Source: an uncultured Gammaproteobacteria bacterium (lineage in GTDB: Bacteria > Patescibacteriota > Microgenomatia > Levybacterales > GWA1-39-11). From it: a DNA stretch of 64,000 nt. The DNA is taken from contig CAYYLC010000001.1 of NCBI GenBank assembly GCA_964472415.1, forward strand, positions 67,269 to 131,268, given 5' to 3'. The notes under the pieces are model-generated. The model did not search any database, was not told the origin of the DNA, and worked only from the letters and a program-made list of their open reading frames with translations. Shown piece after piece: positions 18,511 to 28,620 of the stretch; positions within the stretch are counted from its first letter, which is position 1; every line of letters begins with the position of its first letter. The translations under genes and the position numbers were made by a program.

Positions 18511-19738
18511 TTTACAATATATTCGCGAAAACCCGAAGGAAATTATTGAGAAGTCTGCAGCTAAAAATATTACAATCGATATTGAAAAAATTCTAGATTT
18601 AGATATGCGCTTCAGAACAAAGCTTCAAGAAGTGCAAGGTATTCGTGAGGAGCGAAATAAAGCGGCAAAAGAGCGTGATATTGAAGGAGGGAAAGAAATA
18701 AAAATAAAACTTTCTACCCTTGAAGATGAACTAGTCTTGCTTCAGGAAGAGTTAAGTTTACTTTTGTTGGAAATCCCCAATCCTTCAAAAAATGATGTAA
18801 AAATTGGGAAGAATGATACCGAAAATGATGTTGTAAAAACTGTTGGAGATAAAAGGGAATTTGATTTTCAAGTTAAAGATCATTTAGATCTTGGTGAAAA
18901 ATTAGATATTATTGATATGGAACGTGCTGCGAAGGTTTCCGGTTCTCGGTTTGCTTATTTGAAAAACGATGGGGTGCGATTGCAATTTGCATTATATCAA
19001 TATGCGTTAGAAGTTCTTGTTGCAGAAGGATTTATTCCAGTAATTCCACCAGTGATTATTAATACAGAGATTATGAGAGGCCTTGGGTATATGGAGAATG
19101 GTGGAGAAGAAGATATGTTCCATTTACGGGATAATGATAAGGTTCTCGTTGGCACTGCAGAGCACGTGCTAGTTCCTATGCATAAGAATGAAGTTTTGGA
19201 TAGTAAAAACTTTCCACTCCGGTATGTAGGAATCTCATCAGCATTCAGACGTGAAGCAGGAAGTTATGGAAAAGATACGAGAGGAATATTTCGAGTTCAC
19301 CAGTTTGATAAGGTAGAAATGGTGTCATATGTAAAGAGTGGGGATGATGATAAGGAGCAAGAATTTCTTCTTGAGCTTGAAGAAACGTTATTTCAAGGTT
19401 TAGGGATTCCATATCAAGTGGTGAAAATGTGTACGGGCGATTTAGGATTTCCTGTTGCTCGCAAATATGATATTGAAGCCTGGATCCCATCTCAGGGAAA
19501 ATATCGAGAGGTAACATCTGTTTCAACAGTTACAGACTTCCAATCAAGAAGACTGAATATTAAATATGTCGCTGAAGGAGAGAAGAGCTATGTACAGGTT
19601 CTAAATGGAACTGCTTTTGCGATAGGGAGAACAATAGTTGCAATTTTAGAAAATTATCAAAATAAAGATGGAAGTGTAATAGTCCCTTCTGTTTTGAAGA
19701 AGTATATGAGTCAAGATAGGATTTTGCCTAAGAAATAA
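18503..19738 (+). CDS. serS: Seryl-tRNA synthetase
   Basis: AAKVSGSRF, GTAEH, FRREAGSYGKDTRGIFRVHQFDKVE, LNGTAFAIGRT. Confidence 0.97.
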   Translation: MLNLQYIRENPKEIIEKSAAKNITIDIEKILDLDMRFRTKLQEVQGIREERNKAAKERDIEGGKEIKIKLSTLEDELVLLQEELSLLLLEIPNPSKNDVKIGKNDTENDVVKTVGDKREFDFQVKDHLDLGEKLDIIDMERAAKVSGSRFAYLKNDGVRLQFALYQYALEVLVAEGFIPVIPPVIINTEIMRGLGYMENGGEEDMFHLRDNDKVLVGTAEHVLVPMHKNEVLDSKNFPLRYVGISSAFRREAGSYGKDTRGIFRVHQFDKVEMVSYVKSGDDDKEQEFLLELEETLFQGLGIPYQVVKMCTGDLGFPVARKYDIEAWIPSQGKYREVTSVSTVTDFQSRRLNIKYVAEGEKSYVQVLNGTAFAIGRTIVAILENYQNKDGSVIVPSVLKKYMSQDRILPKK

Positions 19739-19801
19739 ATACTTTGGCACTTACATTTTGACTGTGATAGAATATATTTCCGTTTTAATCATAGAAATAT
19801 T

Positions 19802-22525
19802 ATGTTTAATTTTATAACAAAACTCCTCGACTCAAATGATCGTGAGATAAAGAAAATGCAACCTATTATTAGTGAGATAAATTTATTAGAAAAAAAAGTT
19901 AGCAAGCTTAAAGACGAAGATTTTCCTAAAGAGACTGAAAAGTTGAAGAAACGGTATGAAGATGGTGAGTCATTAACTGCTCTTCTTCCAGAAGCATTTG
20001 CGCTCGTTCGAGAAGCTGCCCAGAGAACAATTGGGCAGAGGCATTATGAGGTACAGCTTATGTCGGCAATAGTACTTGCTTCTGGAAAAATATCAGAACA
20101 AAAAACCGGAGAAGGAAAAACACTTTCTGCAGTTCCTGCACTTTATCTCCATGCATTGACTGGAGAATCTGTGCATTTAGTTACGGTAAATGATTACTTA
20201 GCACGACGTGATGCTGGATGGATGGGTACTGTCTTTGCATTTTTGGGAATGAAGGTAAGCTCTATTATTAATCAGCAATCATTTTTATATGATTCTGAAT
20301 ATTTTGATTCTGAGGCAAAAGATTATAGGCTTTTCCATCTGAAGCCGGTTAGTCGTAAAGAGGCTTATGAAGCAGATATCGTGTATGGTATCAATTCTGA
20401 ATTTGGCTTTGATTATTTGCGAGACAATATGGCACTCTCCTTGGAAGAGCAAGTGCAGCGCGATCATTATTTTGCAGTTATTGACGAGGTAGATTCAGTA
20501 TTGATTGATGAAGCAAGGACTCCTCATATCATTTCTATGCCGGATGAAACTCCGTCAAATAAATATTATGAATACGCAAAGGTTGTAGAAAGATTGTCTG
20601 CAATTGATTATAAGATTGATGAAAAACGAAGAACTGCACATTTGACAGACCATGGGATTGGAAAGATCGAGAAAATGTTTGGGATTAAAGATATTTATGA
20701 GAAAGATTTTGATACGGTCTATCATATAGAAGCTGCTCTAAAAGCAAGAACGTTATTCCATAAAAATAAAGATTATATTGTTCGCGAAGGCCAGGTGACA
20801 CTTATTGATGAGTTTACAGGAAGGCTTTTGGAGGGACGCCGCCTTTCGGAGGGACTTCATCAAGCTCTGGAGGCAAAAGAAGGAGTATCTGTTCAGAGAG
20901 AATCAAAAACCTTGGCAATGATTTCTCTGCAAAATTATTTTAGAAAATATGAAGTTCTTGCCGGTATGACGGGAACGGCAGTTACTGAATCAGAGGAGTT
21001 TCACAGGATCTATAAATTAGATGTAATCGTTATTCCTCCGAATAAGCAAATTGTTCGTAAAGATGAGGCAGATAGGATTTATAAGACAAAACGTGCAAAA
21101 ATTGTGGCAACGGTAAGAGAGATTGAGGAGGCGCACGAGAAAGGACAGCCAGTCTTGGTAGGGACTGCATCTATTGAGCAAAACGAAATTATTTCAACTT
21201 TTTTAAAACGCAAAAAAATTCCTCACGAAGTATTAAATGCAAAGAACCATCTCCGCGAAGCACTTATCATTAAAGATGCAGGAAAAAAAGGTGCAGTGAT
21301 TGTTGCAACGAACGTTGCAGGTCGTGGAGTAGATATTATTTTGGGTGGAGAAAAGCCTTCTGAGTTTAGTATTGAATATGAGGGGAAGGAAGGTAAAAAA
21401 AGATTTGAGAAAGAACTGTCAGAATGGCAAAAAGAGCACGATGAGGTAATAAGGGTTGGCGGGCTTTATGTGATAGGTACTGAAAAGCATGAGTCAAGAC
21501 GTATTGATAATCAGTTGCGTGGGCGATCTGGTCGTCAGGCAGATCCAGGACGGTCTGTATTTATTATTTCTCTTGAAGATGATTTGATGCGAATTTTCGG
21601 TGGAGAACAGATTGGTAATCTGATGACACGGTTTAATTTCCCTGAAGATCAGCCTCTTGCAAACCCCATTGTAACTCGAGTTATTACTCAAGCTCAAGTA
21701 AAAGTAGAAGGATTTCATTTCGAGAGTAGGAAGAATACAGTAGAGTATGACGATGTTTTGAATAAGCAGCGAGAAATCATCTATGGCGAGCGACAGGAAA
21801 TAATTGAAGACGATTTTGAATATAAGGATTTTATTAAAGAGAAGATTAGGGCGAATATTGATGCTATTGTTTCAGTAAATTCAAATTTTGGTGAGATAGA
21901 GGATCAAAATAAAAAGATTATCCAAGAATTCAGCACAATTATCCCATTTGATGAGAAGTCTCAGGGGCAGCTTGTAAGACAGCTCGAACACCGACAGGGA
22001 GTAATTCAAATAGCAGATTTTTTGCACGATATTGCGGAAAAGCTATTGGATAAGAAGATAAAAGATTTTGGTGACGAGACGATGAAAAAGGTTACTAGAA
22101 TGTTATCTCTACAAGTTGTAAATAATATGTGGATGGATCACTTAACTGCGATGGAAGATGTTCGAACTGGCATTAATTTACGTGGCTATGCACAACGCGA
22201 TCCTCTTGTTGAATATAAAAATGAAGCCTTTGCACAATTTGAGAGGCTTGTAAAATCAATTGATGATGGAATAGTAAATAGATTCTTTAAGGTGAATATT
22301 GTGACAGAATCGCATGTTCATAATCATGATCATGTTCGTGAGAATGTGATAACAAACCAGTCAGCAGAAGAAATTGGAACAAGCTCGAAGCAAAAGCAGC
22401 TCGAAAAAAATAAAAAAGTAAAAGAGATCGTGTCAGGAGAAGGGAAAAAGCTCGGTCGTAATGATCCTTGCTGGTGTGGATCAGGAAAGAAATGGAAGCG
22501 TTGTCACTATCCTCAAGCTTCTTAA
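19802..22525 (+). CDS. secA: Preprotein translocase ATPase SecA
   Basis: KTGEGKT, VTVNDYLARRD, IDEVDSVLIDEARTP, ATNVAGRGVDI, RRIDNQLRGRSGRQ; SEC-C motif GRNDPCWCGSGKKWKRCH. Confidence 0.98.
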   Translation: MFNFITKLLDSNDREIKKMQPIISEINLLEKKVSKLKDEDFPKETEKLKKRYEDGESLTALLPEAFALVREAAQRTIGQRHYEVQLMSAIVLASGKISEQKTGEGKTLSAVPALYLHALTGESVHLVTVNDYLARRDAGWMGTVFAFLGMKVSSIINQQSFLYDSEYFDSEAKDYRLFHLKPVSRKEAYEADIVYGINSEFGFDYLRDNMALSLEEQVQRDHYFAVIDEVDSVLIDEARTPHIISMPDETPSNKYYEYAKVVERLSAIDYKIDEKRRTAHLTDHGIGKIEKMFGIKDIYEKDFDTVYHIEAALKARTLFHKNKDYIVREGQVTLIDEFTGRLLEGRRLSEGLHQALEAKEGVSVQRESKTLAMISLQNYFRKYEVLAGMTGTAVTESEEFHRIYKLDVIVIPPNKQIVRKDEADRIYKTKRAKIVATVREIEEAHEKGQPVLVGTASIEQNEIISTFLKRKKIPHEVLNAKNHLREALIIKDAGKKGAVIVATNVAGRGVDIILGGEKPSEFSIEYEGKEGKKRFEKELSEWQKEHDEVIRVGGLYVIGTEKHESRRIDNQLRGRSGRQADPGRSVFIISLEDDLMRIFGGEQIGNLMTRFNFPEDQPLANPIVTRVITQAQVKVEGFHFESRKNTVEYDDVLNKQREIIYGERQEIIEDDFEYKDFIKEKIRANIDAIVSVNSNFGEIEDQNKKIIQEFSTIIPFDEKSQGQLVRQLEHRQGVIQIADFLHDIAEKLLDKKIKDFGDETMKKVTRMLSLQVVNNMWMDHLTAMEDVRTGINLRGYAQRDPLVEYKNEAFAQFERLVKSIDDGIVNRFFKVNIVTESHVHNHDHVRENVITNQSAEEIGTSSKQKQLEKNKKVKEIVSGEGKKLGRNDPCWCGSGKKWKRCHYPQAS

Positions 22526-22569
22526 TTACCCCTTTATTTAAGCTGATTTCTTTATGTTAGTATGGAAAT

Positions 22570-23386
22570 ATGGAAGAAGGAGAAGTAATAGAAGGCTCAG
22601 CACAGACTTCTGTTGAGAATGCTGATGAAACAGGAAGAATAAGACAGCTTTATAGGGGATTGTGGGCGGAAGAAATAAAAGAGGGTGACAAAATCCCAGT
22701 GGGCGGGAGTATTTTTAGTGACAAATTGGATATAGTTATGGAGGTAGATACAGAATTGCTTACTGACAAGACAGATAAGTTTATCAGAGAGAGATTGGAT
22801 GAATTATATAGTTCGGACAACGGACAATTAATTAAAAAATGGATTGAAGAAAATAATCTACAAATAGATCCCATGCTTTTTCATCATTTATTGTATACGC
22901 AAAAGAAAATGGGAGCTATATTAGAGGTAGGCGATGAATCAGTTGCTGTTGCAAGAAAAGATCTTTATCTCTCAGAGAGATATGCGAAATTATCTGAATT
23001 TGTAGGGCAATCTGAATGTGCAGAGCAAGCAGTTATTGGGAAATTTCTTCTAGATAAGATTGGAATTAAAGCTACATTTATGGAAGGGGTTCATGTAGAT
23101 AGTAAAAAATCAGACCCTTTCGATCATGCATTTTTAATTCTCGATGATAGTCAGGGAGAGGGCTCATTAATTTTTTGATATAGGAAGACCAAAAGCATCT
23201 TTAGATGGATATCCAAGGATATTGAAATCTGATAAAAAAATTGATTACGATACTTTTGAAGGTAAAAATAATTACGTGGTTCCAGTTCGGGATATTTACA
23301 ATGGAACAACTATTTACTATGGAGTTGGACACTCTTCTTTATTGCAGGACGTAAATTTCGCGGAACAATCTATATCTGATATTTAG
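22570..23386 (+). pseudogene. Transglutaminase/papain-like Cys-His-Asp protein interrupted by a +1 frameshift in a T6 run (pseudogene, recoded gene or sequencing error)
   Basis: The ORF stops at ATT TTT TGA (23170-78). The +1 frame from 23177 reads DIGRPKASLDGYPRILK...YYGVGHSSLLQDVNFAEQSISDI* to 23386. The joined 271-aa protein has ECAEQA..DHAFLIL..LIFD. Confidence 0.65.
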
Positions 23387-25301
23387 ATAACTCATCAAGG
23401 AGCATATTGAGGTTCATTTTTGCAACTCCGAGTACTAGATCGGCTCCACCATAATAAATATATAAATCTTCTCCAATAACTACATTTCCGCAAGGGAAAA
23501 CAACATTATTTACTATCCCTTCAAGTTCATATTTTTCTTCCGGTTCAAATATAGGATAAGAGAGTCTTGAGGTTACGGTATCAGGATTATTCAGGTCGAG
23601 GAGGCATGCCCCAACTTTATAGTATTTGTCCGGAGTTATGCCATGATATAAGAGAAGCCAGCCCTTCTCTGTTTCAATAGGTGGTCCGGCAATGCCAATT
23701 TTCTTGTGGTCCCATTGATCAACTCTTGCGTGCATAAGTATTTGCCCGTCTAGGAAGCGATTATTTTCAAATTTTAAATCATCTACAGAATCTATCCATA
23801 TATCCTCATTTATCCTATGGAGAAAGACATATTTATCATTTATTTTTTTCGGAAAAATACAAGCGTCTTTATCGTCGACACCTGGCGGAGATATTAAAAT
23901 TGGTTTTTCCCACTCCCATTTTCTATTGAGAAAGTCATCTACGCTAATCGACGAAAAACCAACACGGGGAGGATTCACTCCGCCGTCATATGCAGTATAG
24001 GTTATATAAAATCTATCACCGAGTTTTACAAGTCGTGGGTCTTCGCACCCATAATTTCCATCTTGGCGTTTTAACTCAAATGGTTCACGGGGTACATAGA
24101 TTGGATAAGGAAGTCTTTCATCTATAGTAACGCCATCACTGCTCACTGCGTAGCCGACAGTAGAAAGCCCATCGTTGCTCATAGCTCTATAGAGTATGTG
24201 CACTTTTCCATCTTCGTAAACTGCTGCTGGGTTGAATACTGCCATTTCTTCCCACTCTCGTTCAATAACAGGCTCAAGGATGGGGTTCTTTTCGTATCTT
24301 TGAAATCGAATATGTGGATTATCCGGAACTTCTTTGTGATGGCCTTTGAGCACGTTGATGAGCTCTTCAAATTTACATGATGCAACTCCCATGCTTGTAT
24401 CAGCAGCACCGTAGTAGACGTAAAAATCGTCTCCTATAATTTGTGCACCAGTAGGAAATACTACATCTGGGATATTCCCGAAAAGCTCATACTCTTCTTC
24501 AGGTATAAGGAGTGCATTTGTGGTCCTTTCCTGAACGATTAGTGGGTCGTTAAGATCGAGCAAGGCAGCTTCTATCGCAAAGAGCTTGTCATCTGAAAAA
24601 TAATTTCTAATAAGCGAATATATAAAGATCCAACCTTTATCTGTCTTTACCGGAACGGCCCCTGCTTCTACCTGGTCCCTTGTATGTCTAAGAAGGGGAA
24701 GTGTATGGTCATCTAGTTTTTCATACCATTCATTCCACTTATCATGGTCCCATAAATCTTCTATCTTATCAATTGATCTTATAGCAACTTTTGCAGGAGG
24801 TGTGTCTGTATTAGCGCTAAGAAATACAGTGTATTTCCCATTTATTTTTTCAGGGAATAAGCCCATCGCTTTTGCATTGAACGGAGTAACGAGGTGCTTT
24901 TCATCGATCGTTTTAAGATCTTTAGAAATGGCAACAGCAACCTTTATATTATCTGCACCAAAAGGATATCCACCAAGCGCGGTATAAAATATATAAAATT
25001 TTCCGTCGATATAGGTAATTCGTGGATCTTCACATCCATATCGTTCCCAGTCCTCAGTTGGCGTTATGAGTTGATAATTGTCAGTGAAATTAATGCCGTC
25101 AATACTTTTCGTGATACCGATAGTTGAGAGCTGAATATTTGCGTCCATGTAAAAACCTCTCGGAGTCATGGCGCGGTAAGCCATATAATATGTATTGTCC
25201 TTTTTTACAACTGAGCCATTAAATGCTCCCCCCTTTTCCCAATCATTTGTGAGGCTTGGAAGAAGTATTGGGTTATTTTGATGCCTTGTTAATCTAATCA
25301 T
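23370..25301 (-). CDS. Tandem two-domain GH130 (DUF377) beta-mannoside phosphorylase/glycosidase-like protein
   Basis: Two copies of NPIL..FN..YRA..GCEDPR..VVFP.G..YYG.AD. Confidence 0.88.
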   Translation of the reverse strand: MIRLTRHQNNPILLPSLTNDWEKGGAFNGSVVKKDNTYYMAYRAMTPRGFYMDANIQLSTIGITKSIDGINFTDNYQLITPTEDWERYGCEDPRITYIDGKFYIFYTALGGYPFGADNIKVAVAISKDLKTIDEKHLVTPFNAKAMGLFPEKINGKYTVFLSANTDTPPAKVAIRSIDKIEDLWDHDKWNEWYEKLDDHTLPLLRHTRDQVEAGAVPVKTDKGWIFIYSLIRNYFSDDKLFAIEAALLDLNDPLIVQERTTNALLIPEEEYELFGNIPDVVFPTGAQIIGDDFYVYYGAADTSMGVASCKFEELINVLKGHHKEVPDNPHIRFQRYEKNPILEPVIEREWEEMAVFNPAAVYEDGKVHILYRAMSNDGLSTVGYAVSSDGVTIDERLPYPIYVPREPFELKRQDGNYGCEDPRLVKLGDRFYITYTAYDGGVNPPRVGFSSISVDDFLNRKWEWEKPILISPPGVDDKDACIFPKKINDKYVFLHRINEDIWIDSVDDLKFENNRFLDGQILMHARVDQWDHKKIGIAGPPIETEKGWLLLYHGITPDKYYKVGACLLDLNNPDTVTSRLSYPIFEPEEKYELEGIVNNVVFPCGNVVIGEDLYIYYGGADLVLGVAKMNLNMLLDELSKYQI

Positions 25302-27150
25302 GGTGCAATACTGTTGTTTGTGTTAGGTTTCTTTCTAAGGTAACAGAGTGATTTGATTTTAGATCATTCATGAATTCACGGATACTTTTGCTTGCTACGC
25401 AGGTAAAAGTATCTGCTCCTCCATAGTACACATAGAGTCTACCATTATTCAGGACTGCTCCGCAAGGATACGCAACACCTGCCTTAAAGCCATTATTCTC
25501 ATACCATTGATCAGGTTCGAGAATTGGTTGTTGAGTTCTATAGAGCACTTTCCATGGTTCATTGAGATCCAAAAGCATGGCACCTATCTTATACTGTGAA
25601 TCGTTTTTATCATCCACCGCATGATAGATAAGAAGCCATCCATCAGGCGTTTTAATAGGAGGTGGTCCTGCTCCAACCTTTCGACTATCCCAACCATTTG
25701 CTGTAGGAGGAATTTTATATTCACCTTTTAGATATCGTGGTTTTTTAAAATTTAGGTCATCCATGAGGTCCAGAAGAATATTTGGGAAAACTCGATGCAT
25801 AACGACGTATTTCCCCCCAATTTTTTCTGGGAAAATAACTGCATTTTTATTTACCTCATGTGGTTTAGAGATAATCTTTGGGCTGGTCCAGTTCCAATTT
25901 TTATTTTTAAAATCATCTTCAGAAATAGAGGAAAGAGCAACTCGAGGCGCATCAGAACCATTATATGCAATATAGGTTAGGTAGAACTTTTTATCCTCTT
26001 TGATCCATGTCACCCGTGGATCTTCACATCCTCCATATCCTCCTCCAGACATAAACCATGTCTTGGCAGATCCTCCTGGGAGTTCGAATGATTTTCGGGG
26101 GACATAAATCGGCTTTTCAGATCGATAATAAATATCTGTGCCATTTGTACTCTCTGCATGTCCGAGCACAGAGGTATTTTCTGGGCCCATTGCACGATAA
26201 ATAAAATGAAATTTCTCACCGTCGTGTACTGCTGCTGGGTTAAATGTCGCTACTTTCTGCCAGGAATGTTGCATAACTGGAGTGATTATTGGGTTCTTGT
26301 GATATTTTTCAAGGCGTGGTTTGGAGCGTCCCGGAAAACTACTTAAGATATTTTTAAGCGTACCATATGATACAGCATATACTGATTTACCTCGTATTCC
26401 GAAGTAAAAAATTACCCTATCTTGAAAAATAATTTCTCCTAATGGATAGAGTTCTCCATTTTCCACTTCGAGCTGCTGAGAGAGGAATGGAAGTTGTGTT
26501 TTTGAAAGGAGTCTTGAGGGGTTATTTTTATCAAAAAGCGCTGCGCCAACAGAATAGCTAAGTCCCTCGCGGAAAAATTCTTTGACATAGTAAAATACAA
26601 GAATGCCTTCAGGAATTTGAAATATATTTCCTACTTTGAGAGGATATTTATCAAAGTGATTGTTTTGAGGAATAAGTACTGTTTGGGCATTTTCCCATTT
26701 GATTAAATCTTTCGAGAACTGCACAGTGATACTTTTTTCACCGCAATATGATACATACATATTCTCATATTTATAATTGGGGACAATAGTTGTCGTTTCT
26801 TTTAGATCTTTTGTATTAGCAATTTTTTTCCAACTAAATAAATCCTTCGAACGGGCAAATGAGATTATTGGAGTATTTTCTGAGAGCGATTTATAGGAGA
26901 GATAGTATTCTTTTTGAAATTCAGAAATCCTAAAATCGAGTGAAAATGCGGTATTCTGTATATTCCCTGATTGCCCTAATATTTCCCCTGTTTTTTTGGT
27001 GGATTTAAATTTCAGACCATTTGTACTTTCTGAAATAAAGAGTGGATTTGAAAAGCTCGCGCTGAGCAGATTTCCATATAATAAAACCCGCTTATCAGTT
27101 GCGACAATTCCTAAATCATACGGAATAAAATCAGATAAAGTACTTTCCAT
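25294..27150 (-). CDS. GH130 (DUF377) protein with an intact C-terminal domain and a degenerate N-terminal propeller
   Basis: C-terminal KNPII..TFNPAAV..YRAMG..GGCEDPRV..KVGAGPPPI..VAYPCG..YYGGAD. The N-terminal half keeps the repeat scaffold but EDPR is replaced by LDFR. Confidence 0.85.
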   Translation of the reverse strand: MESTLSDFIPYDLGIVATDKRVLLYGNLLSASFSNPLFISESTNGLKFKSTKKTGEILGQSGNIQNTAFSLDFRISEFQKEYYLSYKSLSENTPIISFARSKDLFSWKKIANTKDLKETTTIVPNYKYENMYVSYCGEKSITVQFSKDLIKWENAQTVLIPQNNHFDKYPLKVGNIFQIPEGILVFYYVKEFFREGLSYSVGAALFDKNNPSRLLSKTQLPFLSQQLEVENGELYPLGEIIFQDRVIFYFGIRGKSVYAVSYGTLKNILSSFPGRSKPRLEKYHKNPIITPVMQHSWQKVATFNPAAVHDGEKFHFIYRAMGPENTSVLGHAESTNGTDIYYRSEKPIYVPRKSFELPGGSAKTWFMSGGGYGGCEDPRVTWIKEDKKFYLTYIAYNGSDAPRVALSSISEDDFKNKNWNWTSPKIISKPHEVNKNAVIFPEKIGGKYVVMHRVFPNILLDLMDDLNFKKPRYLKGEYKIPPTANGWDSRKVGAGPPPIKTPDGWLLIYHAVDDKNDSQYKIGAMLLDLNEPWKVLYRTQQPILEPDQWYENNGFKAGVAYPCGAVLNNGRLYVYYGGADTFTCVASKSIREFMNDLKSNHSVTLERNLTQTTVLHHD

Positions 27151-27278
27151 TTTTCTACGGTTAAACTAAACCCCACAAATTGTGTGCCTACATTTACTGT
27201 ATCTAATCTGAATAGATCAAGTCAATAAGCAAGTATTCATTATTGCAATTTCTCTTAAAATGCTATAATGATTAATAT

Positions 27279-27518
27279 ATGGAATTAACAGCATTAGAGA
27301 CAGCTTTTTATACACTCGGAATAGTTCTCATGAGTATTATGGTTATTCTCATGATCGTAACTGTTGTCGTAATCCTTTACATACGCCACAAAATAAACAT
27401 GATCCAAAAATCGATTGAAGATAAGATCCGTGATGTTGCCGATCGTCCACAAAAAGCAGCGTTCGATTTGGGAGTAGGAATCATGGATAAGATAATAAAT
27501 AAAAGGAAGAAAAAATAA
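27279..27518 (+). CDS. Small single-TM hypothetical protein
   Basis: Hydrophobic helix followed by a basic tail; extended -10 TGCTATAAT ends 9 nt before the ATG. Confidence 0.7.
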   Translation: MELTALETAFYTLGIVLMSIMVILMIVTVVVILYIRHKINMIQKSIEDKIRDVADRPQKAAFDLGVGIMDKIINKRKKK

Positions 27519-27655
27519 TGAAACACTACGTTTGTAAAGGAGAATGTCGTGGAGAGTCAGCTGAGAAAAAGGCATGTGGAATGAAGTCGTGTAGCAGGTT
27601 CGGGAAAGAGCTTTCAGAGTGCGATTGTGTTGATGGACAGCACGAAAGAAAGTAA
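27518..27655 (+). CDS. 45-aa Cys-rich putative metal-binding microprotein (not in ORF track)
   Basis: MKHYVCKGECRGESAEKKACGMKSCSRFGKELSECDCVDGQHERK; its ATG overlaps the upstream stop (TAATG) and it fills the gap to the next gene. Confidence 0.75.
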   Translation: MKHYVCKGECRGESAEKKACGMKSCSRFGKELSECDCVDGQHERK

Positions 27656-27669
27656 TAAACTAATAATTT

Positions 27670-28620
27670 ATGGCTGAAAAGAAACCGAAGAAAACAATCA
27701 CGAAAAAAGACGATAAGCTCTCTCCAGAGGAAATTCGGAGGAGGAAAGAAGAAGTCCTTAAGAGGATCAATGCTGAGATTGGTGATGAAGATGATTTGGA
27801 TACTCCAGTGATCGAGATTCCTGAAAAAGAGCCAGAAATTTCTTCTAGAGAAGTTGAGGTGGTGGAGGATAAAGAGGAGGTCGAAGAGGCTATTCTTCAG
27901 GAAGACGAGAAGATCGGAGAAGATATCGAGGAGGATGAGCCACTTTTGGAATTAAACGAAACAGAGGAAAAGCTCGAAGATAAGAAAGATACAGATGTAC
28001 AAGCAGTTATTGTTGAAGAGGATATTATAGAGGTTGCGCCTGAGGGCGAAGTCGAGAAAGAAGAAGATCATGGCGTTAAGAGTTCATCAAGTTCCCCATT
28101 TTCAGCAGCAGAGTTTGGACTTGCAAATAATCGGAAAAAGGGGAAAAATTTTCTTCTATTTTTTATAGTATTTCTTATAGTTGCTGGAATTTCTGCTCTT
28201 GTATATTATTTTTATTCCACAGGTATTATAGGAGTTTCTGAACGAGAAGAAGTGGCGAGGGTGACTCCGACTGTCGAGCCAACTGCAACGCCGAGCGTTG
28301 TAGCGTTTGAGAGAAGTAGTTTGGCAGTACAGGTTTTGAATGGAAGTGGGACTGCAGGGGTCGCGGGTGATATGCAAACTTTTCTTGAGGAGCAAGGATA
28401 TGAAAATATTGAAGTTGGAAATGCAGAAGACTTTGATTATGAGAATATAACAATTTTGATAAAACCTGAATACGAAGATTCAATAGATGAGATAATGAGC
28501 GATTTCGAGGGCGAGTATGCCGTAAATTCCAAGACTGAGACATTAGCGGATGACAGCGAGTACGATCTTGTTGTGATAGTTGGTGTAGAGGCTGAAGAAC
28601 CAGAAGAGGTAGATGAATAA
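27670..28620 (+). CDS. LytR C-terminal (LytR_C) domain protein with an acidic disordered N-terminus and a TM helix
   Basis: Glu-rich N-terminus, TM, TPT linker, VQVLNGSGTAGVAG..GNA..DLVVIVG. Confidence 0.85.
   Translation: MAEKKPKKTITKKDDKLSPEEIRRRKEEVLKRINAEIGDEDDLDTPVIEIPEKEPEISSREVEVVEDKEEVEEAILQEDEKIGEDIEEDEPLLELNETEEKLEDKKDTDVQAVIVEEDIIEVAPEGEVEKEEDHGVKSSSSSPFSAAEFGLANNRKKGKNFLLFFIVFLIVAGISALVYYFYSTGIIGVSEREEVARVTPTVEPTATPSVVAFERSSLAVQVLNGSGTAGVAGDMQTFLEEQGYENIEVGNAEDFDYENITILIKPEYEDSIDEIMSDFEGEYAVNSKTETLADDSEYDLVVIVGVEAEEPEEVDE

Noticed and set aside
19744-19773. CIRCE-like element upstream of secA (TTGGCACT...)
   Set aside because: The right arm GAGTGCTAA is absent; it is better read as a -35 plus extended -10 promoter (TTGGCA-18-TAGAAT).
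23176-23178. TGA read-through (genetic code 25 or selenocysteine) in the 22570 ORF
   Set aside because: In-frame read-through gives no motif and soon hits another stop, while the +1 frame restores the Asp and stays open; RF2 is present and many genes end in TGA.
27172-27186. CACAA-A-TTGTG inverted repeat in the GH130 leader
   Set aside because: Too short to distinguish from chance without comparative data.
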